Sequence record: SRR20825019_907
Length of the DNA: 54,341 nucleotides
Direction: 5' to 3' (one strand)
Part shown: positions 9,293-17,324 of the stretch, one piece after another
Position numbering within the stretch: the stretch's first letter is position 1
Layout: every line of letters begins with the position of its first letter
Translations under genes and position numbers: made by a program
The notes under the pieces: model-generated
What the model saw: the letters and a program-made list of their open reading frames with translations, nothing else
Databases searched by the model: none
What the model was told of the DNA's origin: nothing

Positions 9293-10753
9293 ATGAGTGA
9301 ATATTTAAGGGAAGATCAGTTGACCCCCAATGACGATAACGATAGCGGGGATGAGGTAAAAAAGGACTTTAAAGGGCTTTTGGGCAGCGTGCGCAAGTTT
9401 CTATCGGACTTGTTGGAAATCCGTTCCAATACTGACGCTGCGGCCACAAAGGAATCCATTATTGCGGATATTCCCTTTAAAGGACATACCTCGTGGATTT
9501 TGGTATGTTCCATTTTTATTGCCTCCATTGGGCTAAACGCCAACTCAACAGCGGTGGTTATAGGTGCCATGCTTATTTCGCCGTTAATGGGTCCTATTCT
9601 TGGGATGGGTATGTCGTTGGCCATTAATGATATTGATACGTTGCGTAGGTCGCTCAAGAATTTTACCGTAATGGTGGTTTTGAGTGTGATCACCGCATTC
9701 CTGTTCTTCTACTTTTTTCCACTTCGGGACGAATCTTCCGAACTGTTGGCGCGTACCAAGCCCGATATTCGGGATGTGCTGATTGCATTTTTTGGTGGGC
9801 TTGCACTTGTGATCGCTCGAGCTAAAAAGGGAACCATTGCCAGTGTTATTTTCGGTGTGGCCATCGCAACAGCTTTGATGCCTCCACTTTGTACGGTAGG
9901 TTTTGGTTTGGCCATCGGCAAGCCGTGGTATGCTGCTGGGGCCATGTACCTGTTCATTATCAATACGATTTTTATTGGTCTCGCCACCTTCTTGGTCATC
10001 AAATTTTTGAGGTTTCCCATGGTGCGATATGCCAATTCACAGCGCAGGAGATTGATTGCCCGTTTGGCTTCCATTACAGGTATTTTGGTTATGATTCCGG
10101 CCGGATTTACCTTTTACAATGTGTTTCAGGAGTCGCTTTTTATGAAACAGGCACAAGAGTTTTTAAAAGGTACAGTAGAGGTATATCAGTTTGATGGTGC
10201 TGGAAGATACGTGGACAATCTCACTAAATTGGAGTATGTGGATGATGGTACTTCAATGATAGAAGTGGTTTTTATGGGCGATGAATTGGTTCCAGAGAAT
10301 ATCATCAATACATGGAGAACCCAGAAGAATGAATACAATAGACTCAAGGACGCCGAACTCCATATTATTCAAGGAGGAAGGGATGATTCAGAAGAGAAGT
10401 TCAATTATGTGAGTGAACTTTATGAGAAGAACAAAGCCGAATTGCTGAACAAAGATGAGCAAATCAGATTGCTTGAAGAAGAATTGGCTACTTTGACCAA
10501 AAATGCGGGAAAACAAATTCCTTTTCAAAACATAAGCGCAGAAGCCAAGGCCAATTATGAGAATATCGATGCCCTAAGTTTCTCGTACCAGATACGAACC
10601 AATTTTAAAAAGTTGGATACCATTCCTGTTTTTGAGGTAGATTGGAAAAGCGGATTGAGCTCTAGCCAAAAGGAAGCGGATACCAAAAAAATGTTGGCAT
10701 GGTTAAAGTTGAGACTTCAGGACTCCACCTTGGTGATCAAGGAAGTTGAATAG
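9293..10753 (+). CDS. DUF389 family membrane protein with a C-terminal soluble/coiled-coil region
   Basis: IASIGLNANSTAVVIGAMLISPLMGP and GVAIATALMPPL motifs. Confidence 0.88.
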   Translation: MSEYLREDQLTPNDDNDSGDEVKKDFKGLLGSVRKFLSDLLEIRSNTDAAATKESIIADIPFKGHTSWILVCSIFIASIGLNANSTAVVIGAMLISPLMGPILGMGMSLAINDIDTLRRSLKNFTVMVVLSVITAFLFFYFFPLRDESSELLARTKPDIRDVLIAFFGGLALVIARAKKGTIASVIFGVAIATALMPPLCTVGFGLAIGKPWYAAGAMYLFIINTIFIGLATFLVIKFLRFPMVRYANSQRRRLIARLASITGILVMIPAGFTFYNVFQESLFMKQAQEFLKGTVEVYQFDGAGRYVDNLTKLEYVDDGTSMIEVVFMGDELVPENIINTWRTQKNEYNRLKDAELHIIQGGRDDSEEKFNYVSELYEKNKAELLNKDEQIRLLEEELATLTKNAGKQIPFQNISAEAKANYENIDALSFSYQIRTNFKKLDTIPVFEVDWKSGLSSSQKEADTKKMLAWLKLRLQDSTLVIKEVE

Positions 10754-10755
10754 CG

Positions 10756-11523
10756 TCAGTTTCTTTCTTCGATATACATTTGCCGAACCTTTTTGAACAA
10801 TTCGGAGGAGTACACAAAGTCGGTAACCGCTTGGTTATCGGTCTTGAAGATTTCCTTATTGGTGCCTTCCCATTCTTTGAGTCCGTTTTTTAGAAAAATT
10901 ATTTTTTCTCCTATTTCCATTACCGAGTTCATATCGTGTGTGTTGATAATGGTCGTAATGTCATATTCTTGGGTGATTTCGTGAATCAGGTTGTCGATTA
11001 GGATGGCGGTTTTTGGGTCAAGCCCAGAGTTGGGTTCATCGCAGAACAGATATTTTGGGTTCATAACAATTGCTCTTGCAATGGCGACTCGTTTCTGCAT
11101 ACCACCGGATATTTCGGCAGGAAATCGTTTGTGAGCATCCACCAAGTTGACTCGCTTCAACACAAAATCCACACGATCTTGCTTTTCCGATTGCGACTGT
11201 TTAGTGAACATATCCAAAGGAAACATTACATTTCCCTCAACGGTCATGGAATCAAAAAGGGCGCTGCCCTGAAAAACCATCCCCATTTCCTGCCTTAGAT
11301 TTCTTTTTTGTTTTGTCGAAAGCTCGGAATAGATTTGGCCATTGTAGCAAATGTTTCCTTCATCAGGTTCAAAAAGTCCTAAGAGACATTTTAAGAAGAC
11401 TGTTTTCCCTGAACCACTTTGTCCAATTACAAGATTTGTTTTTCCTTTTTCAAATGTTGTTGAAATTCCTTTGAGTACGTGGTTGTCTCCAAACGATTTA
11501 TGTATGTTATCTACCTCTATCAT
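10756..11523 (-). CDS. MlaF-like ABC transporter ATP-binding protein
   Basis: GQSGSGKT, FQGSALFDS, ISGGMQKR, DEPNSGLDP; start at MIEVDN (ATG 11523), coupled to the mlaE stop. Confidence 0.9.
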   Translation of the reverse strand: MIEVDNIHKSFGDNHVLKGISTTFEKGKTNLVIGQSGSGKTVFLKCLLGLFEPDEGNICYNGQIYSELSTKQKRNLRQEMGMVFQGSALFDSMTVEGNVMFPLDMFTKQSQSEKQDRVDFVLKRVNLVDAHKRFPAEISGGMQKRVAIARAIVMNPKYLFCDEPNSGLDPKTAILIDNLIHEITQEYDITTIINTHDMNSVMEIGEKIIFLKNGLKEWEGTNKEIFKTDNQAVTDFVYSSELFKKVRQMYIEERN

Positions 11524-12260
11524 TAGCCCAACAATAATTGTGTTAAAATATAGTTCACGATAATAATCACAACACTGGTCCAAACAAACGATGTGGTGCT
11601 GGCCTTGCCTACCTCCAAAGCTCCGCCCCTCATGTAATACCCATGAAAGGATGGTACCGTCGCGATTACAAAAGCAAAGACTACTGACTTGATCAGTGCA
11701 TAGGTGACATGATAGGAATTAAAATCCATCTGAAGGCCCTGTATAAAGTCGCCGCTAGGTGCAAAACCGCCAAAAACAGCGGCCACCCACCCTCCTAAGA
11801 TGCCTACGAACATGGAAATTGCCACTGCGAAGGGGTATAGCATAATGGCTACAATTTTTGGGAACACAAGATAGTTCAAGGAGTTTATCCCCATAACTTC
11901 AAGAGCATCAATTTGTTCCGTAACACGCATGGTGCCAATGCTGGAAGTAATGTAAGAGCCCACTTTTCCCGCCATTATTATAGAGGTGAATGTCGGTGCA
12001 AATTCCAGTATTACGGATTGTCTTGCCGCAAACCCGATAAGACTTTTGGGCAAAAGAGGATTGGTCAGGTTAAGGGCGGTCTGTATGGTGACAACTCCCC
12101 CAATAAAAAAGGATATGAATATGATGATGCCCATGGCCCCAAAGACCAATTCATCAACTTCCTTGAGAATCAAGGTTTTCATAATACGCCACTTGGTAGG
12201 CTTTTTAAATACTTCCCAAATCATGATGAAGTATTTTCCAATCGCTTCTAGGTATTTCAT
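11523..12260 (-). CDS. MlaE family ABC permease
   Basis: EFAPTFTSIIMAGKVGS...IGTMRVTEQIDALEVMG and GGALEVGKAST motifs. Confidence 0.92.
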   Translation of the reverse strand: MKYLEAIGKYFIMIWEVFKKPTKWRIMKTLILKEVDELVFGAMGIIIFISFFIGGVVTIQTALNLTNPLLPKSLIGFAARQSVILEFAPTFTSIIMAGKVGSYITSSIGTMRVTEQIDALEVMGINSLNYLVFPKIVAIMLYPFAVAISMFVGILGGWVAAVFGGFAPSGDFIQGLQMDFNSYHVTYALIKSVVFAFVIATVPSFHGYYMRGGALEVGKASTTSFVWTSVVIIIVNYILTQLLLG

Positions 12261-12344
12261 GCGTTTTTTGGACTTGAGATGATAAAAATAAGAATATTGT
12301 GCAGCTTTTAACCTTCATTTAAATTTTAAAACGGGATAAATGAA

Positions 12345-12352
12345 TAGTTTTG
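12345..12352 (+). promoter_or_regulatory. -7 promoter element for pafA
   Basis: TAGTTTTG, 24 nt before the ATG. Confidence 0.55.
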
Positions 12353-12376
12353 CCCTAATTAGATTAAACCTATAAC

Positions 12377-14056
12377 ATGAGAACAACCAACCTTATAGTT
12401 TCCATTTTAGCATTGTGCATGATCAGTATGTCCTACGGACAGCGAAGAAAGAAGAACGATGCGGAAGTACAACAACCAGCGCCCATCGCACAATCGCCTA
12501 AACTCGTAGTGGGCATTGTGGTAGACCAGATGCGATACGATTATCTCACACGTTTTTGGAATCAGTACGGAGAAGGGGGCTTTAAGCGATTGGTAAACGA
12601 AGGGTTCAATTGTAAAAACAACCACTTTAACTATGCGCCCACCAGCACAGGGCCGGGCCATACCTCGGTGTATACGGGAACAACCCCAGCAACGCACGGT
12701 ATCATCGGAAACGATTGGTTCGATAAGGAATCCGGCGAAGATGTGTATTGCGCAGGAGATGATAGTTATGCTTCAGTAGGTACAATATCGGATGCCGGGA
12801 AAATGTCTCCACACCGTATGCTCACCACTACCATCACAGACGAATTGCGTTTACATACCCAAAAAAGGGGGAAAGTAATCGGAGTGGCTTTAAAAGATAG
12901 AGGTGCCATTCTTCCAGCGGGGCATGCAGCAAATGCAGCATACTGGTTCGAGGGCGGACAAGATGGCAACTGGATTACAAGCACTTATTACATGGATGAA
13001 TTGCCCCAATGGGTAGTGGACTTTAATAGTTCAGATATCGTAGAGTCGTACAAAAAGCCATGGAATACGCTAAAGCCTATTGAAACGTATGTAGAAAGTG
13101 GTTTGGATGCCAATACTTATGAAGGGTTGCAAGAAGGGGAGGCCAGCAATACTTTTCCTCATGACCTTCCGGCAATTTGGGACCAAAACGGTCAGTTCGA
13201 TTTGATAAGAAGAAGCCCTTATGGAAATAGCATTACAGCTGACTTTGCCTTGGCTGCTTTGGAAGGCGAAGATCTTGGAGCAGATACCATCACTGATTTC
13301 TTGGCCATTAGTTTTTCCAGTACGGATTATGTAGGTCACTTTTTTGGGGTGAACTCTAAGGAGATTGAAGATACTTACATAAGATTAGATCAAGATTTGG
13401 CCCGTATTTTCTCTACCTTGGATGAGAAGGTGGGAGAAGGCGAGTATACTGTGTTCCTTACAGCGGACCATGCTGCTATCGATGTTCCGTCTTATTTGAT
13501 AGATTCCAAGATTCCTGCAGGGTATTTGGATATGAACGGTATGAAAACAAAGTTTGGCGAGTTTCTTCAGTATAAATACGGAACTACAGATGTGGTAAGA
13601 GACCTTTCCAATTATCAATTGTTTTTAGACCATAAAATATTGGCCAACTTGGATATCGACCTAGAAGATGCCCAAGAAGATATTGCCATGGAATTATTGA
13701 CCTACGATGGCATTGGTCAAGTATACACAGCCCATCAAATGTGGGAGAACGAATATACCGAAGGTATACCGTACATTTTGCAGAACGGATACAATCAAAA
13801 ACGTTCTGGAGATATTCTTTTGGTTCCCAATGTGGGTTATATTTCGTACAGTAGAACAGGCTCCACACACGGTTCGCCTCAAATCTACGATACCCATGTG
13901 CCGTTATTGCTTTATGGTAAAGGGATTAAACAGGGAAGTACGGTAAACCGTACGGAGATTCCTGATATTGCACCCACCATTGCAGCTTTGCTGGGCATTG
14001 CGTTCCCAAGTGGTGCCACGGGTCAGCCTATCGGGGAGGTTTTGGAGTTTGATTAG
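12377..14056 (+). CDS. pafA: Alkaline phosphatase PafA family
   Basis: PKLVVGIVVDQMRYDYL, YAPTSTGPGH (Thr nucleophile), KDRGAILPAGH, SFSSTDYVGH, TADH, THGS. Confidence 0.9.
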   Translation: MRTTNLIVSILALCMISMSYGQRRKKNDAEVQQPAPIAQSPKLVVGIVVDQMRYDYLTRFWNQYGEGGFKRLVNEGFNCKNNHFNYAPTSTGPGHTSVYTGTTPATHGIIGNDWFDKESGEDVYCAGDDSYASVGTISDAGKMSPHRMLTTTITDELRLHTQKRGKVIGVALKDRGAILPAGHAANAAYWFEGGQDGNWITSTYYMDELPQWVVDFNSSDIVESYKKPWNTLKPIETYVESGLDANTYEGLQEGEASNTFPHDLPAIWDQNGQFDLIRRSPYGNSITADFALAALEGEDLGADTITDFLAISFSSTDYVGHFFGVNSKEIEDTYIRLDQDLARIFSTLDEKVGEGEYTVFLTADHAAIDVPSYLIDSKIPAGYLDMNGMKTKFGEFLQYKYGTTDVVRDLSNYQLFLDHKILANLDIDLEDAQEDIAMELLTYDGIGQVYTAHQMWENEYTEGIPYILQNGYNQKRSGDILLVPNVGYISYSRTGSTHGSPQIYDTHVPLLLYGKGIKQGSTVNRTEIPDIAPTIAALLGIAFPSGATGQPIGEVLEFD

Positions 14057-14509
14057 TTAAGGCACAAAGATGCTATAAATGCCGGTTTCAGGGTTTATTT
14101 CATAGTCTGAACCTGATATTTCAATGTCCGAATATTTCGTGTAAGAACAACAATCTTCAGAAATTCGTTCAGCATTTAATTGCAGTGTAAACAAGAATTC
14201 GTTCTTTGCCGTAATTAGGTAGTTGATAGTTTCGGTTTCCCAACCAACAGTATTGATGTTCAATAGATTAGTGCCTCCGTTTTGAGCGATGGAGAATTCC
14301 ACTGATTGGTTGTTTGATTGATTAACAATCTCAATTTCATTGGAAGTATAGGTGCCGTTGGAAATCAAGTTATCTCCAGAATCTTGGGATACAAGTTCGA
14401 ACAGTAAAGGTTGTGGCGGCGTAAAGCATTCGTTGCATTCTTCTTTGCAGCTTTGTATGGCCAGTAGGACAACTAGAAATGTCAAGACCCCTATATTAAT
14501 TTTCTTCAT
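14057..14509 (-). CDS. Hypothetical Cys-rich lipoprotein
   Basis: Signal peptide ending IQSC; CNECFTPP and EDCC; 150 aa. Confidence 0.75.
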   Translation of the reverse strand: MKKINIGVLTFLVVLLAIQSCKEECNECFTPPQPLLFELVSQDSGDNLISNGTYTSNEIEIVNQSNNQSVEFSIAQNGGTNLLNINTVGWETETINYLITAKNEFLFTLQLNAERISEDCCSYTKYSDIEISGSDYEINPETGIYSIFVP

Positions 14510-14599
14510 GAAGGTAAATTAGTTTTAATTTTTGATGATTACCGAGTTTATTGATGGAACCCTATTTTCAATTGACGGATGAGGAATTATAGGTGTTTT

Positions 14600-15445
14600 T
14601 TAAAAGAATTTGGACCAAATTCCCCTCCAACGGTAGCTCCTTATAAACTTTCCCTCTTTTTTGGAAACGTATTTGGGTTGCTGTTGGAAGAAAGCCTTGA
14701 GGTAACCCAAAATAGCTTGGAAGTATAATCTTGGGCTCTTGGCCTGCAAAGCCATTTTAAGGGCAGCTATTTTGGTTAGGACGATTCCGTAACGCATTTT
14801 GTACAATGCTTCGCCTTTGGTTTGATAACTTTTGGAACTATATCCATGTCCTGTAGGACGGAGGTGTTTTACATGAAGTTCTGGAAGTGTTAGGGTATCA
14901 AAACCGTGGTATTTGGCCAGAAGTGTATCCACGGTGTCCCAACCCACTCCCGGACGCAGACCGTCGATTTTGTTAAAGCAGGCTTTATGATAAAGTTTGA
15001 TTGGTCCCCGGATATGATTTTTATCCGCAATGTTTTCATAAATCCAATTTTCTCCTTTTTTGATGTAGAGAAGTCCGGAGCACATTCCGAGTTTCCAGTT
15101 GGCCTGAAATTGATTAACGATGAGTTCAAAATAATTTTCGGGCAGAATAATGTCTGCATCAAACTTTCCAATGAGGTCAAAATCTGACGTTTGTTGCAAC
15201 CCAAAATTGAAGGTGTCCACAACTTTTTTGCCCGGAATATGTTCATCGGTAGAGTTACGCTGGACCACTTCTATCCAGTCGTATTTTTTGGCGTATTCTT
15301 TTGCAATCTTAAATGTATCGTCGGAAGAATTGTCATCCACAACAATCACTTCATTGGGCAAGTAGGTCTGACCCGCAAAGGAATCTAGGCAATCTTGTAA
15401 AAAAATTGCTTCATTGTGAGCTGGAATAACAATACTGATGCGCAT
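14600..15445 (-). CDS. Glycosyltransferase family 2
   Basis: IVIPAHNE, VDDNSSD, DAD, GWD motifs. Confidence 0.9.
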   Translation of the reverse strand: MRISIVIPAHNEAIFLQDCLDSFAGQTYLPNEVIVVDDNSSDDTFKIAKEYAKKYDWIEVVQRNSTDEHIPGKKVVDTFNFGLQQTSDFDLIGKFDADIILPENYFELIVNQFQANWKLGMCSGLLYIKKGENWIYENIADKNHIRGPIKLYHKACFNKIDGLRPGVGWDTVDTLLAKYHGFDTLTLPELHVKHLRPTGHGYSSKSYQTKGEALYKMRYGIVLTKIAALKMALQAKSPRLYFQAILGYLKAFFQQQPKYVSKKEGKFIRSYRWRGIWSKFF

Positions 15446-15492
15446 GTGCTAAAATTCCAAAAAACAATCTACAAATCCCAAATTAGTTTGTT

Positions 15493-15569
15493 GTCATTTC
15501 GAACGAATGTGAGAAATCCAAAAAAACTAAGGAGAGATTTCTCAATCGCTTTGCTCATTTCGAAATGAC
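15493..15569. repeat. REP/MITE-like nested palindromic element
   Basis: Outer inverted repeat gtcatttcgaa (15493-15503) / ttcgaaatgac (15559-15569); inner tgagaaatc (15510-15518) / gatttctca (15536-15544). Confidence 0.8.
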
Positions 15570-15571
15570 GG

Positions 15572-16096
15572 TTAATGCTCTCTTTCCGCATATACGATAT
15601 AGTATCGATTTGTAAAATATCGAAGAATAGGGCGAAGGCCTATTTTTTTGGAGGGATTTGTCCACTTGGAGGAATCTTTTATGGTCCATCCGGCTTTTTC
15701 CAAGAGCCAGTCAAACTGCCAATCCTCAAATTCGTGATAGTGCCTGTCCCATGGGTCGGTTTTACTGCGGTAGGCAGGTGCAAACCACAATCGCATGGGT
15801 ATGCTTGCGACCAATTTATCCGCTTTTATTTCTTTAAGAACATTAAAAGGTGCTATTAAATGCTCAAAGATTTCGAAAGCAGTTACAACATCGGCATTAG
15901 ATTTTACAATACTTTCAAAATCGACATCCAAATCTTCTCCGGCAGTATTCGTAATACTGTACCCATTGGATTTCATTATTTCTGAAAAGGGATTTTCAAC
16001 CCCTAAATCCAAAATGGTCTCCGAAGTATCAATGTGTTTTTGTAAGAACGCCAATGTATGTTTGTAGCGTTTGTTGGGAAAGTTGTTTTCGTACAT
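15572..16096 (-). CDS. Small class I SAM-dependent methyltransferase-like protein
   Basis: ILDLG motif I, DVVTAFEIFEHL, HYHEF. Confidence 0.75.
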   Translation of the reverse strand: MYENNFPNKRYKHTLAFLQKHIDTSETILDLGVENPFSEIMKSNGYSITNTAGEDLDVDFESIVKSNADVVTAFEIFEHLIAPFNVLKEIKADKLVASIPMRLWFAPAYRSKTDPWDRHYHEFEDWQFDWLLEKAGWTIKDSSKWTNPSKKIGLRPILRYFTNRYYIVYAEREH

Positions 16097-17155
16097 TTAA
16101 TATCGATATACAATGGCATTGATGTTCATTCCTGCACCAACACTTGCAAATATAACAACGTCTCCCTTTTTTACTTCATGTTCCGGTAGTTTTCCTTTAA
16201 GAACCATATCATAAAGTGTGGGAACCGTGGCAACCGAACTGTTTCCCAAATCGTGTATGCTCATCGGCATTACATTTTCTGGCACAGGTTTTCCGTAGAT
16301 TTTATAAAATCTTTTTATAATGGCCTCGTCCATTTTTTCGTTGGCTTGATGGATGAATATTTTTTTAACGTCCTCAATATCAACTCCGCTATCATCTAGG
16401 CAAGAAGCCATGGCCTTGGGTACGTTGATGCAGGCAAATTCATATATTTTTCTCCCCTGCATTTTAATATATCGTGTGTCTTTGGACTCCAAAGGGCTGT
16501 TCGATTTATCAAAATAAAGATAGTATGCCTCTTCATTGGCATACGTTTCCGATGCATGGGATAATATCTCCCCTTTGGGGGAATTGGCCTCAAGGATAGC
16601 AGCTCCTGCACCATCGGAAAAAATCATGCTGTCGCGGTCGTGTCGGTCAACAACTCTGGATAGTGTTTCCGCTCCGATGACCAAACACTTTTTGGCCATA
16701 CCACTTTTGATAAATGCAGTAGCTTGAATCATACCTTCTATCCAGCCGGGGCAACCGAAGATAAGATCGTACGCAACGCATTTAGGATTTTGTATTCGTA
16801 ATAGATGTTTAACACGGGTGGCGAGGCTCGGTAGCGTATCCCCTTGTATTTTTCCTGGAGTAAGGTCACCAAAATTATGGGCGAAGATAATGTAATCTAA
16901 CTCCTCTTTATTCACCCCAGCACTTGCTATGGCTTCTTCGGCAGCCAAAAAACCAATATCCGATGTTTTGAGGTCTGGTTGGGCATACCTTCGATTCGAA
17001 ATACCTGTGATAGCTTCAAATTTTTCAATAATCACATTGTTTTTTTGTTCAAAGGAGGAGCCGTCGGTTTCCATAAACTGATGGTCCAAAAAATTTTCGT
17101 TTTTGGTAATTATGGAAGGAATGTGACTCCCGGTGCCTGTTATGCCAATTTTCAT
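16097..17155 (-). CDS. 3-oxoacyl-ACP synthase III (FabH family)
   Basis: FGCPG (Cys), HQAN (His), GNSS (Asn) triad; FSDGAGA. Confidence 0.9.
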   Translation of the reverse strand: MKIGITGTGSHIPSIITKNENFLDHQFMETDGSSFEQKNNVIIEKFEAITGISNRRYAQPDLKTSDIGFLAAEEAIASAGVNKEELDYIIFAHNFGDLTPGKIQGDTLPSLATRVKHLLRIQNPKCVAYDLIFGCPGWIEGMIQATAFIKSGMAKKCLVIGAETLSRVVDRHDRDSMIFSDGAGAAILEANSPKGEILSHASETYANEEAYYLYFDKSNSPLESKDTRYIKMQGRKIYEFACINVPKAMASCLDDSGVDIEDVKKIFIHQANEKMDEAIIKRFYKIYGKPVPENVMPMSIHDLGNSSVATVPTLYDMVLKGKLPEHEVKKGDVVIFASVGAGMNINAIVYRY

Positions 17156-17206
17156 ATTGTGCAGAGGTTTTTAATCAATACAATTTAAGGTATTGAACCA
17201 TTATTG

Positions 17207-17220
17207 TTATGCATGCATAA
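17207..17220. promoter_or_regulatory. Perfect 14-bp palindrome, candidate operator upstream of fabH
   Basis: TTATGCATGCATAA, about 50 nt upstream of the fabH ATG. Confidence 0.55.
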
Positions 17221-17266
17221 TAAATTATACAATGTTCAAAAGGTAACTCATATATTGCTGGATACG

Positions 17267-17303
17267 AAAAAAGCCTTGAACTATTATTAGTAACAAGGCT
17301 TTT
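17267..17303 (-). terminator. Intrinsic terminator after gcvP
   Basis: aaaagccttg...caaggctttt; the A run on + gives the U tail on -. Confidence 0.75.
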
Positions 17304-17324
17304 AATCAATGTTTATAGTGGTTT

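Noticed and set aside
10756..12260. mlaE-mlaF without mlaD as an anomaly
   Set aside because: Split Mla/MCE loci are ordinary in Bacteroidetes.
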